A stretch of 64,000 nt of DNA from Octopus vulgaris (GCA_951406725.2 OX597814.1:119598001-119662000); one strand, 5' to 3'. Positions 1 to 12,935 are shown, counted from the stretch's first letter. Notes: generated from the letters alone by a model not told the origin. Numbers and translations are program-made.

Positions 1-38
1 TATTCATTCATACATGCATATAAATGCTTACATATACA

Positions 39-1184
39 TTAGGTCATCCCAAAATTAATGTTTTTTTTAGACTTCTTTTATTATTCAAAACTATGAAATT
101 CAAATTATTTTTTAATCTAAAATATACTTCCCTTCATTTTCTACAACGCTCTTCTATCTATCTGGTAGAGTTTCAAGGCCCTTCTTCCAAAATTCGCTTG
201 TCCGTAACGAAACATACTTCTCCACTACTGTTCTGACACGTCTACATAATTCATATTTTTCTGTCTAAATGACAATCAGAGAGGATCAATGTCCGGTGAA
301 TATGATGGGTGGTGTATCGTTTCCCATTCAAACTGCTCCAACCTTTGTAATGTAATCCTCTCTGTGGCCGAGTATTATCCTGATGGAAGAAGACCTTTCA
401 TCTTGAAACCAAATACTGACTTCATCCGCTCCAGTTGCTCGCACTAGGTCTTTGTTATCGTTCAGTTTAGGTTTAAAATTTTAATGTGCACTAAACCTTT
501 CATATCCCACCAAATATATAACAACTGACGTGGGTGAACACCTTCATTAGTCTGGGTTGTTTATCATTTGTCTTCAACGCTTGACATTTTTATGGCGAAA
601 CCATTTCTCGTAACCAGTCACTATTCGGTCGGAAGATGGTCTATTCGTGAGATGCGGCCGCAAAAAAGAGCACAAATTGACCCAATTTTCTGACTTTTCT
701 GATGGTACCCAGGTGTCGATGAATGGTTGAATGACCAAATCCAAGCTTCTCTTCTAGTTCTTTTACAGTTACCTCGGGATTTTGGGCCACCAGGTTTAGC
801 AGGACAGGCCCCTATAGCTCTACAAATCTTCCAAGACGAAGCTTGTCTTTAGGATGTAGTTTCTGGCTCGGAATTCTGGAAACCACCGTTGACGCTCGCT
901 TGCAATTATTGTCCAATCGCCATATACTGCATCAATAATTCTCTCACTTTCCGTTGCATTGTTACTTTTGTTTGATTCATAAAGTAATATATGCTGGATA
1001 TGCTCCTTTGTCAATTACATTATAGCTTTGAAAAAAGAACTGTTAAAATCGAACTCCACTCTACAAAACTTTCCCTAAGGATAAGGACAAGGTAAAATTA
1101 CTATCTGCGTTAGTTAATTCCACCTCACTCTGACTTTTAGCTCATGCAATTAAAAACAACTGCACTATTTATGGGAGGACCCAA
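39..1184 (-). mobile_element. Full-length degenerate mariner (DD34D) transposon
   Basis: Imperfect TIRs TTAGGTCATCCCAAAATTA / TATTTATGGGAGGACCCAA. The minus strand gives the HTH (EHIQHILLYESNKSNNA...RWFPEFR), RIVTGYEKW (TGDEKW motif, D lost), HQDNTRP and HPSYSPDIDP, with frameshifts. Confidence 0.92.
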
Positions 1185-1185
1185 T

Positions 1186-1505
1186 GCACACATATATACA
1201 TACACAAACATACATGCATACATATAAACATACATATGTATATATAGACATACATGTATATAAACATATATATATATATACACATACATGCATATAAACA
1301 TATATATATATATACACATACATGCATATAAACATATATATACACATACATGCATATAAACACACACATATATATATATATACACATACATGCATATAAA
1401 CATATATATATATATATACATACTTTCATACAAAATACATAATATACACTTACATACACGCATACCTACATAATATACACGTACATACACGCATACATAC
1501 ATACG
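1186..1505. repeat. Compound micro/minisatellite, unit about (TA)nCACATACATGCATATAAACA
   Basis: Unit repeated about 6 times. It produces the spurious YIYM-rich ORFs. Confidence 0.9.
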
Positions 1506-1639
1506 AAAGTGTTCTTTCATAAGAATGAATTAGACTACACAAATATCTGTATAAACCATCATCTTACTCTTGAAATTACTAAAACTGGATGCAACAGATT
1601 ACAACCTGTTCTAGGATATCAACGATAAATTATTATTTA

Positions 1640-2200
1640 TAATAAGAAATTATGAATTATAAAGTAAGAAGGAAAGGAAAGTGCAAGTTAATCATTATTT
1701 TATATGTAATCGGTGCCGACATGATAATTGGACTTTGATGTTGGACATTAAAAAAGAAAACACGGTTATCTACTGTAACTAGACGTATGCAAGTGGCTAA
1801 TATACAGTAGAGAAGACAATAGAAGGTTAATTCAAATATATTAAAAACTAAATTTAATCGTGTGGAAACATTTAGATTTATATAATATAGTTATTGGGGA
1901 GGAAAATGAAATCAAATTCATTCATTCATCATTGAATAGCTGTAGTAGTGGTACAATGAGAAAATTTGGCAGATAAATGCGACATGTTAAAGTCTTATAC
2001 GTAAAAATGATTAATGTTCTCAGTGTATGTTGGCTAAACAATATTTTTATTAATTAGATTAAAGCAAATAAACGATATTTTACGATTGAGAAAAATAGTT
2101 TGAATTATTAACAGTTTATGCCTCTAAACGGTTGGGGTTAAATTGTAGATTATGACTCATGAGATACTTGTAATTGTAATTAAGGCGAAACGTGTATCCC
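1640..2200 (+). mobile_element. Highly degenerate Penelope-like 3' fragment (GIY-YIG region) followed by a decayed hammerhead-like motif
   Basis: Translation CNRCRHDNWTL...KENTVIYC and IVWKHLD resembles the Penelope CNC..CPL...VIY and IWKLK blocks. Followed by CTCATGA...GAAACGTGTA at about 2156-2196. Confidence 0.4.
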
Positions 2201-2243
2201 TGACTAAGTTATCGCAGAAAATAATTTCAGGAAAAACTTGATG

Positions 2244-2274
<31 letters not shown>

Positions 2275-2278
<4 letters not shown>

Positions 2279-2402
2279 CCTGCTCGCTTAGCCAGCGGGG
2301 TGGCGTCATTCAAAGGCTAAAACAATGCGAACGCATTGTGACCAGCGATGTGTAACTACATCTGATGGACTGGTCGGTCACGTGATCACATGATCACGTG
2401 AT
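2275..2402 (+). mobile_element. Short GC-richer structured repeat in a (TA)n tract, probably a 5'-truncated non-LTR retroelement 3' end
   Basis: Flanked by TGATTT(AT)n on both sides, with a CACGTGAT-repeat tail and several stems (see findings). Confidence 0.5.
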
Positions 2403-2534
2403 TTATATATATATATATATATATATTCTTACCATGCTTTTGGCGGGGAAGCTAAATCACAACTATGTATGCAATCGATTGGACTGCATGGGTATTTATC
2501 GCCCGTGAGGGTCTAATAAATTGTATCGAAGACA

Positions 2535-2612
2535 AATGCTGCTGATGACTTATAGATAAATATGTGAGTATAATTGCATATTATATTGATAAAGAAACAA
2601 TTGTTTAGCATT
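2535..2612 (+). ncRNA. Type-I hammerhead ribozyme motif
   Basis: Stem I AATGCTG/TAGCATT, core CTGATGA, long stem II (TTAT..AATATGTGA/TTGCATATT..ATAA), GAAAC, palindromic stem III ACAATTGT, and a GTT cleavage triplet. Confidence 0.65.
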
Positions 2613-2929
2613 AATCTATCTTTTCGTTGTATTTCACTTTCCTTACGTTGAAGGTAATGTTATTTCTCTTGTGGAAACAACTTCGGTGGCTATACCAGAA
2701 TAAGGAGCTATTTCTAGCTCTAGAGTTAACCACTTAGCGGTAACTCTCTTATATTTACGTATAATTTTGTATGGTCTCCCTGGTTTTTATGTGCTAGGCT
2801 ACTTGGTGTTAAACTGATGGTATTATTAAATTAATATCTAATTTTTCACCCTCATTTATGAATTTATATATATATATATATATAAAAGAAATATAAAATA
2901 AATACAAATTATGAAAACTGATACATAAT

Positions 2930-5900
2930 GATTAATCGAGGAGATAGATGTAGTCAATTAAGAGCGGAATAACAGCTAATGGGAACATAAGCTGTGGTAA
3001 GAAGAGAAACGTGTGTAAATAAAGATATAATAAGCCTAATATATCGAAAGGGATTCTAATATACAACTGTGTTATGTCTACGGAAGGGTGTTTACAGATC
3101 TCTCTTTTGCTTGTTTTTGCAGGCATCATAAATCTAACGAAGTCTTGTCGGTTTAGATTTTATAATAATGTTTCTAAATTTGTAAAACGAACAAGCTGGA
3201 GAAAAGAATAATTAGATCCTTTATTCTACCTATCAGCCAAGTGATAACAATTCTTTAGGATGGTTCTTTCGTACTACTCTAGAAGTATCTATTCCATGAC
3301 ATAGTGTAGCAATTTAAACAAGAATATTATTAATTTCTCTTACTCTATCGCAACTAACTGCAAGTAAGATGTCTAACACGAACTTTCTTAATTATCAAAC
3401 TTTTAATAGTTTTAAAAATATAACTCTAAATGCAAGCTACTTTAGGTACTTGAAAAATGATATAACAACTTGGAAAATGTAGACTCAGATTTTCTGCTGC
3501 AAGAACAGTGGGGAAGGAATAGAGGATAACTACTAATCGCTTTCTATTAAAACCATGCTTAGATTAGGACTGAATATCAACGACAACATATGATAGAATG
3601 AAGAAGCCATTACACGGAGACTAGGGCCGATATAGTGTGCAGCTAATCATTCAAATTGTACCTGTCACAAATGGAAAAATTGCTTTACAAAACGTGATCA
3701 TATATAAAACTAAAAGAAGTGATGGTCACGGTTTGGACGCTTCGATATGATTTCAACGGCCCATGTGAATATGCTGTGCAGTTTGCAAGTTAGTATTCCT
3801 TTCTGATATGCACTATATTTGCCTTTATTCTCAGTAAGATGAAGTTAGCAGACTTCTTCACTGTCAAGTAATTTCCTGCAGAATATAATTTAATAAACAG
3901 TAAACCACAGTCATAATCACCGAGCATTCATTACGTTGAATGCATTGCAAAGTGGAAGCCATGTTCTAAATTCGATATGTAAATTATATAAATTGGTGTA
4001 GAAGGATATAAAAGAAAGCATGATAATATTGCATATTTCGTCCACACGGAATTATGTGATGATGTAAATTGGGAAGTACAAAGAAATTATATGATTATGT
4101 GAAAACCTAACTACCAGTATGATCGGGTCATATTGGATTATGTCATACACTGTGAGCATATAATAGATCGTAGGAGGCCCAATACTTTCGCAATTAACAA
4201 ATATCAAACGAGTGTAATATAATGAATACTGCAATGTCAAGGGATTTTGGAATTATGATCAAGGAAGAGTAAAAGTTAGCGGTAAATTGATGTATCAGCT
4301 CATCAGTGAGAAATTGCAAATTTCAGCTTGCAAAAGAAGATACTACATAGCATAATAATAGTGAGATGATCTCTAAAATTTACCTGTTTCTCTTGGATAA
4401 AGAAGAAATGCAAGAAAATAGGAAGCGACTTCAAGTTAACTTATGGCTAAGAAATTTGCTTTCTAGTCACGTGGGTTGAGTTCACCATCAATACAGAGAA
4501 GAAATTTTGTCTTTGTAAATGTTCATTATTATAATCACAAGAGGGCGCAAGCGCTTTCAGAAGAAGCAGATAGCAAATAATTGCATTCAACCTCTTCCAA
4601 TGGGTGGTACATATCTTCCGTATTATTCTTATTCCGAATTATTCTTTATCTATCGTCCGATAAAATCCGACCATATTCATTTCCAGAGTCGTTAATAACA
4701 CCCACTTGTTATTGTATTTCAGACGGATGTTAAGATCATCCTTATTTTCTTCCACTATTCTCATTGTCCTGCAGGACAATGAGAATATGTTGTGAGCGCA
4801 GCTGAAAATCTTTAAAATTAAGTGAAAAACAAAGAACTACATAATCCAGAACATGATGTCCATGTTGGATAGCACGATGTCAGCATTTTCTAAACAGAAG
4901 CATTCCAGTCAAAGCCGTCGTACACTTTTATGAATAGCAAGTAACATATTATCCAACGCATCGTTCTCACTTTATCTTTCTGTTTTTGAAGGTGGTATGG
5001 AGCGATTTGAAAGAAATTAGGCTGCAAAGTCGAATGGGTCAGTCACTTACATAAAATATCCCACGAATGGTTGACTACAGTAATATAGGTTATGTAATTT
5101 CAATAGTAAATGAGATTACTTAATGCACGAAATAGGTATACTATACTTCACGAAATTTCAAACTCTTGAAATATTTACCTTATAGCAAATCAGAAATATA
5201 TCCGAGTATGATCAAACACGAAATGTATATAATATCATTTTCTCTCGTAAAAATGGAATCACAATTTTAGACAATATTTCCGGCAGATTTTTAAACAATT
5301 GCTCTTATCTTATGTTAAGGAGCGTTTCAGCGAAATCTACCTCATCCTTATATCAAAACACAACATTCCTTTGTTTATAAATATATAGAATATAATAAAG
5401 GATTTATAAGTCTGTACTTGCTTTAGAAGTGCGATTTGCAAGGAAAGAATTAACCAGGTTAGTAGGAATTAAAACTCAATAACATAATACAGCGAAAGTA
5501 AAAGAAAGATTCAAATAGAAATTTCAGACCGTAACTAATATTTTGCACTTTAAACACATATATCGAATTTTCTCCTACTCCTTTGTGTTTGGTAATATCT
5601 GACTAATATGAAATATCACGTTCTTCCCAACATCAACAGAATTCACAGAATGTTTACTTTCATCATTTATTGATTCGGTGCACCTGCATTTTCTGCATTT
5701 TACTTTATTCCCAAAGATAATTTCCTTTTCTACTCCAACTACATGAAGGTCAATCGATTTAAAATATTCGTTGATTTTACAAGCATCTTCCTTTCTAATC
5801 AATTTTTTTTCTTTATCCATGAAATCGGGCATTTTTCCTTTCCATTTAGCTTTTGGTATTTAATTGGTCTTACTGATTGAATTTAAGTGAAACAGGATGC

Positions 5901-6050
5901 ACCAACGCACTATAAAATGTTGCGGTATTTAAACTTAAAGAGATGCCATAATTTGTACAAACTCCATAGAGAATCAAAAACATCAAAAAGGCTCTTTTTT
6001 GCACATAATATTCGAAGAAGTAAAATATACGTTGCTAATTTGAATCATGC
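2930..6050 (-). pseudogene. Decayed leprecan/CRTAP-like paralogue A, interrupted by a LINE and older repeats at about 3900-5080
   Basis: Signal-peptide-like FKLATYILLLRILCA, then KKLIRKEDACKIN..EIIFGNKVKCRKCR (ORF 5575-5832), YVFKVQNI, QRNVVF*YK (5347-5373) and FFKYLKVAC (3432-3458), in the CRTAP motif order. Hydrophobic end in ORF 2932-3129. Many stops and frameshifts. Manual comparison only. Confidence 0.55.
3930..4400 (+). mobile_element. Fragment of a restriction-like-endonuclease LINE (R4/Dong-like)
   Basis: GYKRKHDNIAYFVHTELC (RHD motif) and IHCEHIIDRRRPN (RPD motif). Confidence 0.7.
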
Positions 6051-6162
6051 AATATTGGGAAATTATAGCTTTACTAAATGTCTCTAAGGTAAATCACCGG
6101 ACTGTACGCCATTAGTATTGAATTAAGCCACAACGACTAAGTTAAAAAGTTGTGTTGCTCAT

Positions 6163-6249
<87 letters not shown>
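6163..6249. repeat. (CTA)n(CTG)n microsatellite
   Basis: Seen directly. It makes the poly-Leu ORF at 6150. Confidence 0.95.
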
Positions 6250-6251
6250 AA

Positions 6252-6470
6252 ATAATGCTTTCTACTATAGAGACAAAGCTTGAAGTTTGGTGCGGTGTGG
6301 GGGCTAGTCGATTGCATAAACCCCATCAATTGACTAGTGCTTATTTTCTTTATCGACCTCGAGACGTTAAAAAAGCAAACTCTTCCTCGCCAATACTTGC
6401 ACTCAGAACGTAAAGAGGCGGAAGAAAATCTACTAAGCTTTCTGTCCGATGCGCTAAATATTCTGACATT
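6252..6470 (-). mobile_element. SINE family B copy (degenerate)
   Basis: Matches the other copies (ACTCAGAACGTAAAG, TTATCGACC, TCTACTATAG). Confidence 0.7.
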
Positions 6471-6587
6471 TTTGTGAAGTTGACACCATCGTTCCTCTCG
6501 ATGTCTTCAGTTCGTACTGTTACCGGCGGCTCTAACAGGATGAAGCTTATAGAAATATTTATGTATTAGCAGTGAAAAGATAAAGTA

Positions 6588-6975
6588 GGGGCCCAGTTAG
6601 AATTTATTTCTGGTCGAGTAGCCCATCCAGCTCAAAAGGTCCCTGAATAAGGATTGTGTAAGGATGTTGAACGAGCCACCCATTTTCCAAAGGTAAATTA
6701 TTCAAACCTCCAAGAGTTCCTTTCAACACACGGCTATAATGCTCGTGGTCAGAATTGTACATATCGTCGGCCACTAAGAGACATGCTCAAATGATTAAGG
6801 TTAAACAGCTGATAGGAAAATATCTGGTATTGAGCAGAATATTTGCTGTAGTCCATCTTTTATATCACGACAAAGCAATGTACATTATAACACTTCCAAT
6901 CAGTTAAGAGCAGAAGCCATGAGAGCCACTTTCTTATACTGCATCAAGGCATTTATTATTATCATTATTATTATT
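6588..6975 (+). mobile_element. Interspersed repeat with an (ATT)n tail, probably a LINE 3' end
   Basis: GC-richer block ending in ATT repeats. Family not identified. Confidence 0.35.
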
Positions 6976-7059
6976 ATCAACATCATCATCGTCGTCTATA
7001 TACAGCATATAACGCTTATTAAAATGTATACTTGAAAATAATTAAGCAGAGTTATACAT

Positions 7060-7325
7060 GGAGCATAATGAAAATGCTCAAAACCGTGATTCGGTGAAAT
7101 GCAAGACAATAGCTTGAGAAGAATAACGTGCGCAGCGAAAAGTCGCTGCTTTTGAGACATAGATGTTGTGGCAAGTTTGGAAATGCACGGTAATACACAC
7201 TTTATCCCTGGATGCGAAAAGACGAGCGAGTTGGAAGCTGAAACGAGTACAACGAGCTTCGAAGGAGAAAGTCTATTGCAGTAATGGTAGGAAACATCAA
7301 AGATGAACGTTAAATGAAGAAAAAA
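7060..7325 (+). mobile_element. RTE-type LINE 3' RT fragment
   Basis: RKVAAFET*MLW resembles the RTE KIEAFEMWCW block, and the later EKVYCSNGR / MVGNIKDER segment resembles the RTE C-terminus. Confidence 0.55.
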
Positions 7326-7499
7326 ATTGCTTTTTCTTAAGAATTACTCCTAACATAAAGCTTGTCTTTACTGCAGGCCATTTCCAAACTAAATTTATAG
7401 AAGCATGTTAAGCCAATTAACAATACATGGAAGTGATATATTAATTTTGCTTAGCTACATTATGTCCAACTCATGTGAACAGTATAAAGGTGATTCCCG

Positions 7500-9440
7500 A
7501 TTGGTAATAAAGTAAAAAGAAAGAACAAGAAATGAAGGAAACATAATCCAAACCCTTTGGAATGGAATGTACATAAATTCATCATAACTAAGACAAAAAG
7601 AAAGAACCCACCTGAAATATGAGGAGAATAACACTTAAATCATGCACTCTGGGAAATAAAAATACGTATGAACGGGCACAGAAAACTATACGTCGCTACA
7701 AACGGATGAAATAAGAATCAGTCACTCACAAAGCACATAAGCCTCCACGAAAGAAGGGAAACTCTAAGGAAATGACCGTAAAAATCTACAAACAGCGAAA
7801 AGAATGAAATTATTGTAAAATCTATTCAGCACACCCAAGTAAACGCCCACTCACGCCTGCTAACACACATCCACACACACACTACGCTGCTATACTAGAA
7901 CTGTGAAACAGAGATAAACGTCAAATGATTAATTTCACAGAAGTGCCAAAGTATTCCCACTGAAAAGTCAAACCAAATACCAAACAAGTGTATTAAAGGC
8001 ATAATCTCAAAAAGGCACAACCTCTAAAACAACAATAAATAGAATATAAACCCTCAGCGCAACAAATCATCAAAAGCTATGATTGATGAGAACCTACCAA
8101 ATAATAACGAAAATAGAAGATGAACGAAATCGACCAACATGGATTAAGTGAGAACCCTAGAAATACTACTCGCGAATAGGGACTTTACTAAAATAATAGA
8201 TAGACATAGCAAAGCCCCACAACAAATTATGTTCTCGGATAAAGCTACGTAAATATGAGCTGACTGTTCAATCTATTCGCTAAATTTGATAGCATGGAAG
8301 AAAATCAGTTTTCGATACAATAACCATATACTATATACCATATAATATTAATTGAAATGGATAAATAAAATTATCCTTACCGAGTGATAGGAGCATTATA
8401 ATAAACAAACAGATTGGTGTCTTCTTAAAAATATAATGTAATTTTGAATCAAGTACCGAACACTTTTACAGGATATAGAACACGTAGAGAAAAAATAGTA
8501 ACAGAGGAAGTATAGCACACCATATGTGGTATAGAATTCAGGAACACGAAAAGAAAATATCAAAACAACTCGAAAGTTCTGTCTGTGACAAAGTTTCCAA
8601 TTTCGTGTGTAACTGATAGACACAAAAATATGACAACAGCTTTCAATGCAGTTATTAACAGAATATAGTCAATACCCGAATCCTTAATGGAGAGAAAATA
8701 ATATCGATTAAAATTAAAGAAAAACATTTGTCGACATAAAATGACAGTCCTACTTGCCAAGACTTACGAAACAAATACGTTTGTATATTACTACAGGTTG
8801 ACAGCTCATCTGAAAAAAATTGTTATGATAGCAGAGGAGAATACAGAGAGGTGGAAAGGGATACAAGAGTGCAAAGAAACAAACAAGCAAATAAAACAAT
8901 TATGAAATAGAGAATAACATGAGAAAAGAAAACATACTCCGGAATACACTATCAAATCAATAGTACAGCTTCCTCAGTAGATACTTTGTACATCTCCATC
9001 CACACACAATCATCACTCAATACAATAACATAGCCACCACACATTAAGACAACACAGCACATGTCCTTACATAACTAATATCCGATTTATAACCCTTTTC
9101 ATGCATCATCGTAATATCCCACATCATATACTGTGCACAATTCCAATCCAATAACATTATCCATTCTATAGAGAAATCGGCTGCATTGCAAAATGTAAAA
9201 AGACATATATGTACAAAACACAAACATTGTACAAGAAAATAAAGCAACGTACATAATGGAAATTCTCCGTAGCATTCAGAAGACAAAATCATCAAAACAC
9301 GAAAGAAGTCAAGAATTAAAGAATCAAAACATGTATTACAGTGACCAGATTTTGTATTACTAAACACAGTTGTACACACACCAGGAATATGCTGAAGAAG
9401 CTTGTCTGAAAGTGTGTTTTGTCATAAGCCAAGTTTATGC
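7500..9440 (+). mobile_element. Degenerate Penelope-like element (RT plus GIY-YIG endonuclease)
   Basis: A-rich strand. KLCSRIKLRKYELTVQSI (KxHK..PxRPI), HKNMTTAFNAVINRI*SIP (thumb), SNNIIHSI..CIAKCKKTYMYKTQTLYKKIKQR (GIY-YIG) and RIKESKHV. Confidence 0.6.
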
Positions 9441-9811
9441 CAATAACCTCTGGTAAACGATGCTCTTCATCAATGACCCATCAAAAGACAGCGAGGCATG
9501 ACTGAAACTAAACTTCTAACCGTATCGCTTCCACATCTCGGCATATTAAAATTCCACAGCTTTAAGTACGCGCAAATCGTTCATTCAGAGAAGTACTGAA
9601 GCTCTACAGGTGAAAATATAAACAAAACCACAACACCTAGAGGAACTTATCCGGCTTCCAAAACGGGACTGAATTTACCCGATAACTCAACATCTGCAAG
9701 AGACTATCTGCACTGGAAAGGATAACTTCGTGCATCGTGCAGATTTCAAACAAAAACCTAATCGGCAGCCGATAGTTTTCAGCCCATATGAAGAGTATTT
9801 TACCGAGTATT

Positions 9812-10035
9812 GTTTTATTCTTTCCTTTTTTATTCCGTTATTTGTTTCAGTTATTTGACTGCGGCCAAGCTGGAGCACCGCTTTAAATCGAACAAATCGA
9901 CCCCAAGACTCATTCTTTGTAAGACTATTACTCATTCTAAGTTACAGGGACGTAATCACACCAGCATCGCTTGTCAAGCGATAGTGGGTAGACAAATACA
10001 GGCGCACAGATATACACACACGTAAAAATACACAT

Positions 10036-10068
<33 letters not shown>

Positions 10069-10135
10069 CACACATATATATGATGGGCTTCTTTCAGTTT
10101 CAGTCAACAAAACCCACTCACAAGACTTTGGTTTT
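9812..10135 (-). mobile_element. tRNA-derived SINE family A copy
   Basis: Shared blocks TGACTGCGGCCA..GCTGGAGCACCGC and CTTCTTTCAGTTTC, with an internal microsatellite. Confidence 0.85.
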
Positions 10136-10891
10136 CATGATTTTAGGGTTGATAAGTATCAGTTGAACACTGGGATCGATGTAACCTACACATCCCATCT
10201 CTAAAATTGCTGCCTTAGTGGCAAAATTTGAGACCATTATTAATAGGAAAGTAGTAGTAGTTGCTGTGTTGTTGTTGTTGATGGTAGTAGTAGTCGTGAG
10301 ATTGGTGTAGGAAGATACCTCGGTGATTCTAGTCCTGTTGGTGGTTAAGATGCTAGTATCATTTTTATCAACTATTGTTTATATTTCTGCTTTTTTGTTA
10401 CAACTAGAATCATTATCGAAGTTCCTACACAAAGTTCTACTGTTATTTTTAATACTAACAGCCTTTCAAAGTATTATAGTCGCTGCTACTGCTGGTTGCT
10501 TTACTATTTATAATATGCTATTCTGGTTACTGTTGCTGCTACTGCTTTTGTTTGTACTACTGAGTTGTCTCTATGGTATATAGAACGTCAGCTACTATTA
10601 GCGTCTAATGTAAGCGAACGCATTTTTTTTTCATACTTATGGACGGAAGCGGAAATATTCCAATTGTAAGATGAATAGTCCGCAGGTTTTCTAGTTGCGA
10701 TTCTAAATTTTAAAACATTTCTTCGTAGGAAGAACTCTTATTCTTGAATATTCGAAACACAGTTCAATTTTTACCTCCACAAATAAACATAATAGCGATA
10801 ATATAAATAAGCCCCCCCCCCAAGTCATGGATACGTGTCCGTGTGTATGTATATATGCGTATATTTATAACGGCGCATACGCGTGTGTGTG

Positions 10892-10948
<57 letters not shown>

Positions 10949-10974
10949 TTGCACGTGTGCGTTTTTGTGTGTGT

Positions 10975-11173
10975 GTGTGTCCCGCCACCATCACTGGACA
11001 ACCGACGTTCTTGTGTTTACGTCACCATAACTTAGCGGTTCGGCAACAGACGGTTAGAATAAGTACTAGGCTTACAAAGAATAAGTCCCGAGTCAATTTC
11101 TTCCACTAAAAATAATTAAGGCGGTGCTCCATCGTAGCCGCAGTCAAAAGATTGAAACATGTAAAAGAATAAA
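10975..11173 (+). mobile_element. SINE family A, 3' half
   Basis: GTGTTTACGTC..AGAATAAGTACTAGGCTTACAAAGAATAAGTCC..AGGCGGTGCTCCA. Confidence 0.85.
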
Positions 11174-11175
11174 AC

Positions 11176-11211
<36 letters not shown>

Positions 11212-11699
11212 AACGTGTGTATACACTTACGTAAATGTACGTTGTTTGCGAGTGTGTGCGTGTAATATATGATTATATTTATCAAACATATTATTCACGT
11301 AAGAGTGAATTAATTTTTTCGTATATTTAGATATGCAAATGTTATCTTGCGAACAGAGGTCGCTTAAGTGTTACTCATAGATCAAATGAAGGTTTCTTTT
11401 TTTTATTTTAAAGAATCTATAGTACCTACTCATATTTCAGGGACGAACAGTACTATTTATATTTCATAATAAACGCTGGCTGAGCAATATAAAGGAGTGA
11501 TATTTACACTTGCAGTATGTGATGGCCAAATATTTAACTTTTATTGAAACTCACTCTTCTGAGCATCCACAATCTCGTGGCAGGTTAATTCACGCAAATG
11601 TCTTTAACGTTATGAAATGGAAACAACATTGTAAAAATAAATTAATATCTACGTCACAATTAAAAAAAATACACACACACACTCACACTCACACGTATA

Positions 11700-11842
11700 A
11701 AGGCGCTGACGTGGCTGTGCGGTAAGAAGCTTGCTTACCAACCACATGGTCCGGGTTCTGGGAAGGTGTCTTCTGTTGTTGGGTCGGGCCGAACAAAGCC
11801 TTGTGAGTGGATCTGGTTGATGGAAACTGAAATAAGCACGTC

Positions 11843-11885
<43 letters not shown>

Positions 11886-12090
11886 CTTATCTGTGTCCCC
11901 CCCCCAGCATCGCTTGACAACCCATGCCGGTGTGTTTACGTCCCCGTAACTTTGCGGCTCGGCAAAAGAGACCGATTGAATAAGTAGTAGGCTTACAAAG
12001 AATAAGTCCTGGTGTCGATTTGTTCGACTAAAGGCGGTTCTCCAGCATGGCTGCAGTCAAATGACTGAAAAAATAAAGGATTTAAAGAAT
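11700..12090 (+). mobile_element. SINE family A, near full length
   Basis: tRNA-like head GTGGCTGTGCGGTAAG..CCGGGTTC, internal (TA)n and conserved 3' half. Confidence 0.9.
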
Positions 12091-12206
12091 AAATGTATAT
12101 ATATATATGTGTGTGTGAGTGTGTGTATGTGCGTGCGTTGTTTGTGTGTATGTGTGTGAAATACGTGCTTGTCGTGAGTAACAATTTAGAAAGCAGTAAA
12201 ATAATC

Positions 12207-12935
12207 ATTTCCAGTCTAGGCACAACGCCCGAAATTTTGGAGGAGGGAGCCAGTCAATTAGATTGACTCCAGTGTGCAACTGGTACTTAATTTATCGAAC
12301 CCGAATGGATAAAAGACAAAGTCGGCGGAATTTGAAATCAGAATGTAGAGACAAACGAAATACCGCGAAGCATTCTTTTCTACTCTAGGCACAAGGCCCG
12401 AAATTTTGTGGGAGGGGTCCCGTCCATTGGATCGACTACAGTGCGCAACTGGTACTTAATTTATCGACTCTGAAAGGATGAAAGGCAAATTTGACCTCGG
12501 CTGAATTTGAAGTCAGAACGTAAGACAGACGAAATACCAGTAAGCATTTCGCGTGGCGCGCTAAATTTTCTGCCAGTTCACCGTTTTAAAAATATGTAAT
12601 ATAAAGTCCACATCGGCTGCATTTGAACTCAAAACCTAAAGACGGACGAAATGCCGATAAGTATTTTGCATGGTGTGCAAAATGTTCTGTCAGCTCGCCG
12701 CCCAAATACGATGTAAACATTCTTTTCTACTCTTGGAACAAGGCCCAAAAGTTTTGGGAGGGAGCCAGTCGATTAGATCGACTCCAGTACGCTACTGGTA
12801 CTTAATTTATCGACCCCGAAAGGACGAAAGGCAAAGTCGACCTCAGCGGAATTTGAACTCAGAACTTAAAAACAGACGAAATACCGCTAGGCATTTCTCT
12901 CGGCGCGCTAACTTTTCTAACAGCTCGCCGCCTTA
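12207..12935 (-). mobile_element. Head-to-tail array of about 4 SINE family B copies
   Basis: Repeated TCTAGGCACAAGGCCCGAAATTTT..GGTACTTAATTTATCGAC..GAATTTGAACTCAGAAC..GACGAAATACC units. Confidence 0.9.

Noticed and set aside
12207-12935. Repeat-spacer-like periodicity suggesting a CRISPR array
   Set aside because: The units are SINE copies of about 100-210 bp, there are no unique spacers or cas genes, and the DNA is eukaryotic.
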